From Patescibacteria group bacterium (GTDB lineage: Bacteria > Patescibacteriota > Minisyncoccia > Phycocordibacterales > SBAW01): a stretch of DNA of 64,000 bases. The notes beneath the pieces were generated by a model that saw only the letters and a program-made list of their open reading frames with translations, searched no databases and was not told where the DNA came from. Location of the stretch: assembly GCA_016176685.1 (NCBI GenBank), contig JACOWS010000003.1, positions 10,871 to 74,870 of the forward strand, written 5' to 3'. Each line of letters starts with the position of its first letter. Within the stretch, counting starts at the first letter, position 1. Positions 55,551 through 64,000 of the stretch are shown piece after piece. The translations under genes and the position numbers were made by a program.

Positions 55551-56027
55551 ATGTATAAAGCTAACCACACCAGGGGCTTTACCCTTATTGAGCTTTTAGT
55601 AGTAATAGCAATTATAGGTATTTTGGCGGGTATAGTGCTGGCAAGCTTGGGCAGTGCGCGCAGTGGCGCAAGCGATGCAAAAATAAAGAGTCAACTTGCA
55701 AGCATGCGCGCCCAGGCGGAATTGTATACCGGCACGGGCGGTGTATTCGGTGTTGCCGCATGTGCCACAACTGCGGGAACACTGTTTGAAGTGGCAAACA
55801 ATGGTTTAGGAAACTTACTTTCTGGTATCACACTTTCCACCACGCGATGCGCGGCGGCGGCGGGAAAACCTAGTGGGGGTGCTGCTTGGGCGGCTGCGGC
55901 GCAGATTACTGGAGGTGCCTGGTGTGTCGACTCAACCTATTGGTCTAGCGACAAAAACAAATCCGGTACTGCATATACCACTACTCTCACAACTGCTATT
56001 GCCGCTGGTGGAACTACCTGTCTCTAA
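55551..56027 (+). CDS. type IV pilin (second paralog)
   Basis: MYKANHTRG|[25 protein letters not shown]. The hydrophobic N-terminal helix is near-identical to the first pilin. Confidence 0.8.
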   Translation: MYKANHTRGFTLIELLVVIAIIGILAGIVLASLGSARSGASDAKIKSQLASMRAQAELYTGTGGVFGVAACATTAGTLFEVANNGLGNLLSGITLSTTRCAAAAGKPSGGAAWAAAAQITGGAWCVDSTYWSSDKNKSGTAYTTTLTTAIAAGGTTCL

Positions 56028-56033
56028 TTTCCC

Positions 56034-56558
56034 ATGTTTAAGAAAGGATTTACCCTCATCGAGCTGTTGGTGGTCATCGCCATCATCGGCATCTTGGCGG
56101 GGATTATTATCCCCAACCTTGCCACAGCAAGGCAAAGCGCCCGCGACGCGCGCCGCATCAGCGACATAAAAAACATTCAGCTTACGCTCGCTCTATACTA
56201 TAACGACAACCTCCATTACCCAAATAACCTTTCTGAATTGCAGACGAGCGGATACACATCTTCTCTTCCCGCAGATCCAAATGGCGGTAGCTATTTTTAT
56301 ACCGCTTATCGGTCAGACGGTGGTACTAATTGTGTGAACGCGAATGCCAGTCTGATCAGTTTCTACCATTTTGGGGCTGCGATGGAGATTAAAGATGGTA
56401 GTTGGAAAGCTGATGATGCCGACTGGACTTATTCCAACCCCCCTTACGGTCGCTGTGTAGGTACCGATTACCTTGTAAACTTTAACGGTCTATCTAACAA
56501 GTGTGCCAACGCGACTGCCCAAAGCTACGACAACTGCTATGACGTGGTGCCAAACTAG
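56034..56558 (+). CDS. type IV pilin (third paralog)
   Basis: MFKKG|[25 protein letters not shown] ~55-nt stretch is nearly identical to the 55011 gene. Confidence 0.8.
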   Translation: MFKKGFTLIELLVVIAIIGILAGIIIPNLATARQSARDARRISDIKNIQLTLALYYNDNLHYPNNLSELQTSGYTSSLPADPNGGSYFYTAYRSDGGTNCVNANASLISFYHFGAAMEIKDGSWKADDADWTYSNPPYGRCVGTDYLVNFNGLSNKCANATAQSYDNCYDVVPN

Positions 56559-57404
56559 ATGGATGTTTATTTAGCAATTGGTGCGACAGTTTTTGGCGCC
56601 ATTATAGGCAGTTTTCTTAACGCACTTTCTTTTAGGTGGGGCACAGGGCACTCGGTTTTGCGCGGCCGCTCGCGCTGTATGCAGTGCGGCCACACGCTTG
56701 GGTGGCGCGACCTTTTCCCCATTTTTTCTTACCTGTATTTGCGCGGCCGCTGCCGCTATTGCCGCTCGCGCATCTCTGTGCAATACCCGCTTGTAGAGGC
56801 AGTGGCCGCGCTTATTTCAATAGTGGTCTACCTCCAAAACCCGCTCTCTCTCTTTGCATACGCCTTTTGGCTTATGGTGTGGATGACGCTCCTGTTTGTG
56901 GCGGTGTACGACCTGCGGCACACGGTGATACCCTGGGCGTGCACAATAGCGCTTGCGGTACTGGCGTTGTTGTACCTCGCACTCCATTTTGGATTTGGAG
57001 GAGCACCAGGTCTCGCACAAGTGAATGATGGACTTACGAAGTCCATCATTTGGGCATTGCTTGCCGGCCCTTTGCTGGCACTGCCACTTTTTCTTTTCTC
57101 GCTTATATCACGCGGCACCTGGATGGGGTGGGGCGACGGGGCTTTAGAACTTTCCTTGGGGTGGTTCTTGGGGCTCGCCTATGGCGCCTCGGCGCTCATG
57201 ATTGCTTTTTGGAGCGGGGCATTCGTTGGCGTGCTACTCATACTGCTCTCCAAGCTTACCCCCACAGCATCATCGCGCGGACGGGCGCAAAGGTTTACAA
57301 TTAAAAGCGAAATTCCCTTCGCGCCGTTTTTGGTGCTCGGAGCTTTCATCGTCTATGCTCTCCACCTCAACTTCTTTATCACGCTCCCGCTCCTCTGGCA
57401 GTAA
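56559..57404 (+). CDS. pilD: prepilin peptidase PilD (A24 family)
   Basis: N-terminal CxxC...CxxC zinc cluster (CMQCGH...CRYCRS), polytopic, A24-like. Starts at the stop of the third pilin. Confidence 0.8.
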   Translation: MDVYLAIGATVFGAIIGSFLNALSFRWGTGHSVLRGRSRCMQCGHTLGWRDLFPIFSYLYLRGRCRYCRSRISVQYPLVEAVAALISIVVYLQNPLSLFAYAFWLMVWMTLLFVAVYDLRHTVIPWACTIALAVLALLYLALHFGFGGAPGLAQVNDGLTKSIIWALLAGPLLALPLFLFSLISRGTWMGWGDGALELSLGWFLGLAYGASALMIAFWSGAFVGVLLILLSKLTPTASSRGRAQRFTIKSEIPFAPFLVLGAFIVYALHLNFFITLPLLWQ

Positions 57405-57941
57405 AAAGGACGCCGCCCAGAGGGCTCTGCCCGGCGGGTTTACCCTTGTTGAGCTTTTGGTGGTAGTCAGCATTATGCTCATCATCACCTCCACTCTCCT
57501 GCTGCAGCAGCGAAAGTTCAACAGTGCCACCTTGATGCGCACGCTTGCCTACAATATTGCACTCTCTATACGCCAAGCGCAGGTATACGGCACCAGCGTG
57601 GTGGGTACATAAACAATAATGGGAGATACGTCGCCTCCGAAAGCCAGCAAACATTTACGCTCGGCTCGGGGTACACGATAAGTAATTTTTGCGCGGTAGT
57701 AACACCAAGTTCTTATTATTGTAAAACTGGAGGCACCGGAACCAACATCACTTCGATCGCTATTTCTTTTAAGCGGCCAAACCCGGACGCACAACTTGTA
57801 GAATTGACTGATGTCAGTACGGCGGTTAGCAGCGCCTACATACAGTTGAAGAGCCCTGGCGGAGACACCCGTGCGGTCAGTGTCACTACCACCGGGCAAA
57901 TAAGCGTCTGCGGAGCAAACAAAACAATCCTCGACTGTTAA
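57355..57941 (+). pseudogene. minor (pseudo)pilin gene interrupted by a frameshift near 57600-57612
   Basis: Frame 1 gives MLSTSTSLSRSRSSGSKKDAAQRALPGG|FTLVELLVVVSIML...AQVYGTSVVGT*. Frame 0 stays open from 57453 and from 57612 reads NNGRYVASESQQTFTLGSGYTISNFC...ISVCGANKTILDC*, a typical pseudopilin C-terminal part. Confidence 0.5.
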
Positions 57942-57943
57942 CT

Positions 57944-58525
57944 ATGTACAAAAACCCCCGCGGCTTCACACTGATAGAAATCCTCGTCTCGACGGCGATT
58001 TTTATCATCATCATGGTGATGGCTATGGGCGCGCTCCTCTCTGTCTCTGCCGCAAACAACAAGGCTGCGTCGATAAAAACCGTGATGGACAACCTTAACT
58101 TTGCGCTCGACAGCATGACCCGCTCCATACGCACCGGCCAGGACTATAAATGCGCCGGCGTCGGGGACTGCCCAAGCGGCGATTCCTTCATAGTGTTTGA
58201 GGCACACCCAAGCTCCCAACCTGGTTGCACATCGGGGAGTGGCTGTAGTGTGACCTATTGTCTTAGTAATACAGCAGGCACGGCTTGCGGCCCCAGTGGT
58301 CCTTATATCTTGCGCAACGTAAACGCCACTGGGTTTGTCGCTATAACCGCAGCCGAGGTGGTCATCGACAAGCTTACCTTTTATGTTAAAGGGGCTCCCT
58401 TGGGAGACTCTATACAACCAAAAATCACTATCATTATCTCCGGCCATACGCAGTCTGGAAGCACGCTTCCCAGCACCACGTTTAATGTGCAAACTTCTGT
58501 GACCCAACGCATCTATGACCAGTAA
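57944..58525 (+). CDS. minor pilin / pseudopilin
   Basis: MYKNPRG|FTLIEILVSTAIFIIIMVMAMGALL. Confidence 0.7.
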   Translation: MYKNPRGFTLIEILVSTAIFIIIMVMAMGALLSVSAANNKAASIKTVMDNLNFALDSMTRSIRTGQDYKCAGVGDCPSGDSFIVFEAHPSSQPGCTSGSGCSVTYCLSNTAGTACGPSGPYILRNVNATGFVAITAAEVVIDKLTFYVKGAPLGDSIQPKITIIISGHTQSGSTLPSTTFNVQTSVTQRIYDQ

Positions 58526-59099
58526 TATAAAACAATATAGGGTCGCCGCCCAGAGGGCTCTGCCCGGCGGGTTCACTCTTATCGAAACGCTGGTTGCGGT
58601 ACTTTTGCTTGCCACCGCGATAGCGGGGCCGCTCACCCTTGCTTCAAAAAGTTTGACCGCGGCGCTGGTGGCAAAAGACCAGATAATAGCGTACTACCTT
58701 GCCCAAGATGCCATAGAGTACGTGCGCTTTGCGCGTGACACTAACCGGCTTTCAGGAGCAACTTGGCTCACCGGGGCTGGTGGCACGTCTGTGGGAATAA
58801 ATCTTAACCCGTGTTTGGGGGCGAATGGTTGCTACCTCGACTCGACACAAAACAACCCGGCGGTGCCAACTGCGTGTACAACATCGGAGTGTCTCGGCTT
58901 TCCTATGTACTACGACAGTACCAGCGGCAAATACGCATACACCGTCGGGTCTAAGAGTATTTTTACCCGTACTATAAAAATAGAGGAAATCAATCTTGGC
59001 AAAGAAGCTTCTCTAGCAGTGACTGTTTCCTGGAGCGACATTGGCAGTGTGGTACACAAAGTCACAGCAAAAGAAAACATATTTAACTGGCAACCATGA
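58515..59099 (+). CDS. minor pilin / pseudopilin with long leader
   Basis: MTSNIKQYRVAAQRALPGG|FTLIETLVAVLLLATAIAGP. Confidence 0.7.
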   Translation: MTSNIKQYRVAAQRALPGGFTLIETLVAVLLLATAIAGPLTLASKSLTAALVAKDQIIAYYLAQDAIEYVRFARDTNRLSGATWLTGAGGTSVGINLNPCLGANGCYLDSTQNNPAVPTACTTSECLGFPMYYDSTSGKYAYTVGSKSIFTRTIKIEEINLGKEASLAVTVSWSDIGSVVHKVTAKENIFNWQP

Positions 59100-59650
59100 T
59101 AAAAAAAAGCACCAAAGGGTTTACCATATTTTTTGCCGCACTGGTTGGCTCCTTGGCGCTTGCGGTGGGGATAGCCATATACGACCTGTTGGTCCGCGAG
59201 CTTGCTCTTTCGCAAATTGCCTCACAATCGCAGTACGCCACTTACGCGGCAGACACCGGAGCCGAATGTGCGCTGTATTGGGACTTCAAATATAACAACA
59301 ATGGCTTTACCAGTATTTTTGCCGCACCGCCATCAGTAACGGGCCTGGGAGCCGGTGCGGTTTTGTGCAACACCCAAGATTTTTATACGTACGGTACTCC
59401 ACCTAATTTATACGCGACTCAACCAACTGGATGGAGTAATTGGAGTCTGTCCTCATCAACCGACGCGTCGCTTACGGTGCAAACAATATTTACACTCGAT
59501 CTTCCGTATGGGACGCAGGCTGGATGTGCCGTAGTCACTGTTACCAAAGTGGGTAACCCCGCTGCAACCACTATTGTTTCTCAAGGGCGCAATACTTGTA
59601 ATCCAAAAGGGGTGGTGCAGGTTGAGCGCACACTGCAGGTCAACTACTAA
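59096..59650 (+). CDS. pilin-like secreted protein lacking Glu+5 (PilX/tip-associated-like?)
   Basis: MIKKSTKG|FTIFFAALVGSLALAVGIAIY. Hydrophobic N-terminal helix but Phe at +5. Confidence 0.45.
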   Translation: MIKKSTKGFTIFFAALVGSLALAVGIAIYDLLVRELALSQIASQSQYATYAADTGAECALYWDFKYNNNGFTSIFAAPPSVTGLGAGAVLCNTQDFYTYGTPPNLYATQPTGWSNWSLSSSTDASLTVQTIFTLDLPYGTQAGCAVVTVTKVGNPAATTIVSQGRNTCNPKGVVQVERTLQVNY

Positions 59651-59701
59651 GCCGCACCACAAGCAACCTTTATTTCCTACGCTTCGCTGGGGTATTATTG
59701 A

Positions 59702-61747
<2,046 letters not shown>

Positions 61748-61785
61748 TGTAGGATGGACCAAGAAGTTGTAATAGCGCAAGCTCC

Positions 61786-62232
61786 ATGGAGGAAATCCTC
61801 ATGGCTATCAGTGAAGAACGAAAGAAAGAATTCGAGAAAAAGACGCCCGAAGAAATGAGCAAATGGCTCATTAAAGGTCTCACCGGCTACGTTCTCGAAG
61901 ATAAGGCAAGATGGGCACTCGATCCCTTCGAGCTCTTTATGGGAACAAGTGACTCGACTGGATCAGACATCGTCTGTGCTTATAAGGCACTCTCTGTGTC
62001 AGGACAAAAGAAGTTTGATGACGCGATTGTACTGATGCTCAAAAAGCTTGACACAAGCCCCCAACATCTGCAGCTGTGGATGATAGGGGTAGAAATTGCA
62101 TGGGCTCTTGGCCTTAAAGAAGCTCGTATTGTGGTGGAAGACAGACTTTCAGAGAGAGCCGCCAAGAAACAACTCTTTTCAGAGGAGCTGGACGATGAGT
62201 TCACACTCTTTTCTTTCTTGCATAATATCTAA
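61786..62232 (+). CDS. hypothetical protein
   Basis: 148 aa ORF. No family recognised. Confidence 0.35.
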   Translation: MEEILMAISEERKKEFEKKTPEEMSKWLIKGLTGYVLEDKARWALDPFELFMGTSDSTGSDIVCAYKALSVSGQKKFDDAIVLMLKKLDTSPQHLQLWMIGVEIAWALGLKEARIVVEDRLSERAAKKQLFSEELDDEFTLFSFLHNI

Positions 62233-62295
62233 AAGGACAAGGAAAAAAGAAAGGGAAGCAAAGCCGCACGGTGTCGCCCTGCGGCCTTTTCTTTT

Positions 62296-62994
62296 TCAAC
62301 GAGAATCTCTAGAGGTGACACCTCTAGAGATAGAAAGGTCTTGGTAATACATCGCAGCTTCTTCCAGTATATTTTGAAAGGGTGGCAGATCGTCAAAAAG
62401 TGTTTTTGTTTTCGGATCAAGGATACTATTTTCCGGCCGTTTTTCGCCGCAATAATCAAAGAAGCTGCTGTATCTATAAGCACGGAGTCGTTTTTCTAAA
62501 CTTTGTATATTTCGAATGCTCCCTTGCTTCCATTCCGGCTCAAAAAGTTCGGCTGCATTTAAGTGAATGTACTGTATCACTCTTTTAAGGTACCGATCAT
62601 CACGAATATGTTTGGAGCGAAAGGGTTTTATGAACACATTTCCAACATGTTCGTATTTTACGTTGAAGTACATTGCGAAGCTGGTGCCGACTTTGCGCAT
62701 AAATTTTGTCACTCCCCCCTCAACTAACTCTTTTATTAGGATATGGAAATGGTTTGGCATGATTGAAAAGGCTCCAATTGCAACAACAGGACGGTATCGC
62801 TCTAGCTCAAAAAAGTCGGCGTGGGAGGGATTGTACAAACTACTGCGCTCTATTGGTTTTACATCATTACTTAAGTAGAGAGCTTCTAGAAATCGATTGT
62901 AGTCTTGTAAAGTTGTAAAAACGGGCCGTTTGTCTATACTGCGAGTGTAGCAGTGGTACCATTCATTTGGGGCAAAATTAATCTTTCGAATCAT
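62296..62994 (-). CDS. REP-associated tyrosine transposase (RAYT-2), second, divergent copy
   Basis: WYHCYTRSIDKRPVF N-motif, HuH (SIMPNHFHIL), catalytic Tyr motif YIHLNAAEL. About 30% identity by eye to RAYT-1, so not a recent duplicate. Confidence 0.7.
   Translation of the reverse strand: MIRKINFAPNEWYHCYTRSIDKRPVFTTLQDYNRFLEALYLSNDVKPIERSSLYNPSHADFFELERYRPVVAIGAFSIMPNHFHILIKELVEGGVTKFMRKVGTSFAMYFNVKYEHVGNVFIKPFRSKHIRDDRYLKRVIQYIHLNAAELFEPEWKQGSIRNIQSLEKRLRAYRYSSFFDYCGEKRPENSILDPKTKTLFDDLPPFQNILEEAAMYYQDLSISRGVTSRDSR
62306..62330. repeat. REP-like palindrome TCTCTAGAGGTG-A-CACCTCTAGAGA at the 3' end of RAYT-2
   Basis: 12-bp perfect arms. Overlaps the last codons of the RAYT-2 ORF. Confidence 0.6.
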
Positions 62995-63014
62995 ATATGC
63001 TAATCTAGCACGTA

Positions 63015-63041
63015 ATATCTAGAGGTGTCACCTCTAGATAT
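63015..63041. repeat. REP-like palindrome ATATCTAGAGGTG-T-CACCTCTAGATAT, 21 bp upstream of RAYT-2 start
   Basis: Same CTAGAGGTG...CACCTCTAG core as 62306-62330. Confidence 0.6.
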
Positions 63042-63074
63042 GCAGGGCGGGTTATTTCGGATACTATACTTTTT

Positions 63075-63386
63075 ATGATTTCGAGGGAGGAGATAGAAAA
63101 TTTGGCGGAGCTTGCACGGCTTGAGGTACACGATGCAGAGGTAGAGGCGCTCCAAAAGGACATGGCCGGCATTTTGGCGTATGTCGAGGCGGTTTCTGCC
63201 GCCGAGATCCCGAACGGTTTGGCCGGTCGTGATATGAGCTCGCTGCCGTACAACGTGATGCGCGATGACACGCCGCGCACGCAAGACGACCCGCTGTGGG
63301 CCAAGGAAGAGGCACTGCGACAGGCATTCCCAACCAGTGAGGGCGGGTACAACGTCGTGCGAAAAATAATACAAAAAGATGAGTAA
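63075..63386 (+). CDS. gatC: Asp/Glu-tRNA(Asn/Gln) amidotransferase subunit C
   Basis: [38 protein letters not shown] matches the GatC N-terminus. 103 aa. Confidence 0.8.
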   Translation: MISREEIENLAELARLEVHDAEVEALQKDMAGILAYVEAVSAAEIPNGLAGRDMSSLPYNVMRDDTPRTQDDPLWAKEEALRQAFPTSEGGYNVVRKIIQKDE

Positions 63387-64000
63387 CGACTTGGCAGCAC
63401 TTTCCATAACAACGGCCGCAAAGAAACTTGCCGCAAAAGAAATCTCGGCGGTGGAGCTGGCGCGCGCCTGCATCGCCAACATAGAAAAAAAGGACCCGCT
63501 GCTCCATGCGTACCTCGAGGTGTTTGCAGATGTAATAGCGCAGGCAGAAATGGCGGACAAACGCCGCGCGAGTGCCGGGCGCGGCGAGGCGCATCCCTTG
63601 CTCGGCATCCCGCTTGCCCTGAAAGACAACATTTTGATAGAGGGCCGGCGCGCGGGCGCGGCGTCAAAAATACTCGAAGGATACGTCGCTACGTATGATG
63701 CGACGGTCACTGCAAAACTAAAGAAAGCGGGCATCGTGTTTATGGGCCGCACCAACATGGACGAATTTGCGCACGGCAGCTCTACTGAAAACTCCGCCTA
63801 CGGCCCGACCAAAAACCCGCATGACAAAACGCGGGTGCCCGGCGGCTCCTCCGGCGGCTCGGCCGCGGCTGTTGCAGCCGACATGGCGTTGGGGGCTCTC
63901 GGCACCGACACCGGCGGCTCTATACGCGAGCCGGCAAGCTTTTGCGGCATTGTGGGGCTCAAGCCGACCTACGGCGCGGTATCGCGCTTCGGGCTCATTG
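63379..64000 (+). CDS. gatA: Asp/Glu-tRNA(Asn/Gln) amidotransferase subunit A, 5' portion (continues past window end)
   Basis: The ATG at 63379 overlaps the gatC stop. Translation [30 protein letters not shown]... includes the amidase signature [13 protein letters not shown]. It is absent from the ORF table only because no stop lies within the window. Confidence 0.8.
   Translation, partial: MSNDLAALSITTAAKKLAAKEISAVELARACIANIEKKDPLLHAYLEVFADVIAQAEMADKRRASAGRGEAHPLLGIPLALKDNILIEGRRAGAASKILEGYVATYDATVTAKLKKAGIVFMGRTNMDEFAHGSSTENSAYGPTKNPHDKTRVPGGSSGGSAAAVAADMALGALGTDTGGSIREPASFCGIVGLKPTYGAVSRFGLI

Noticed and set aside
57938-58636. 232-aa minus-strand ORF
   Set aside because: Antisense to two minor-pilin genes whose prepilin signatures are unambiguous.
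63000-63758. Minus-strand ORFs of 252 and 220 aa
   Set aside because: Antisense to gatC/gatA.

Overview
This 64 kb window looks like bacterial chromosome with high GC (roughly 55-60% by eye, not computed) and several visibly AT-richer accessory blocks. It most resembles a Candidate Phyla Radiation / Patescibacteria-type genome. That assignment is inference: the ribosomal-protein operon goes straight from rpsE to rplO with no L30 gene, small hypothetical membrane proteins are dense, and a complete type IV pilus / DNA-uptake gene set is present.

Core genes:
- rplX (3' end)-rplE-rpsZ-rpsH-rplF-rplR-rpsE-rplO-secY-adk-map-ndk on the plus strand.
- An RNase J-like beta-CASP hydrolase that sits behind a triple-hairpin leader.
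- infC-rpmI-rplT on the minus strand.
- smpB next to a tmRNA (ssrA) that I reconstructed by hand.
- ftsH, pyrB, tRNA-Ile(UAU), recG, a malic enzyme, an ECF sigma plus putative anti-sigma, CapA, tRNA-Ser(GCU), a PIF1-like helicase, comFC.
- pilM-pilN-pilO-pilB-pilT-pilC, three pilins, pilD, four minor (pseudo)pilins (one frameshifted).
- ligA, gatC, gatA (5' part).

Accessory or unusual content:
- A serine recombinase plus an IS481-family element plus an AT-rich block. The block carries a DUF4258/DUF2283 toxin-antitoxin-like pair and secreted hypothetical proteins. All of it abuts the 3' end of the tmRNA.
- Two different REP-associated tyrosine transposase (RAYT) genes, each flanked by its own REP-like palindrome pair.
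- A 24-28 bp palindrome present three times. Two copies bracket a TrpR/YerC-like regulator gene and one lies inside recG.
- An AT-rich metal/thiol-redox island next to tRNA-Ser: a CPH-type P1B ATPase, CcdA/DsbD, DUF1573 and Cys-rich proteins.
- An AT-rich island holding a single-polypeptide type IIG-like restriction-modification gene and a class-II tRNA-like gene with an irregular anticodon loop.
- A pair of ~26 bp direct repeats, each next to a terminator, flanking a Cys-His hydrolase-like gene.

I found no CRISPR array and no rRNA. All coordinates and structures come from manual reading. Nothing was checked against a database.
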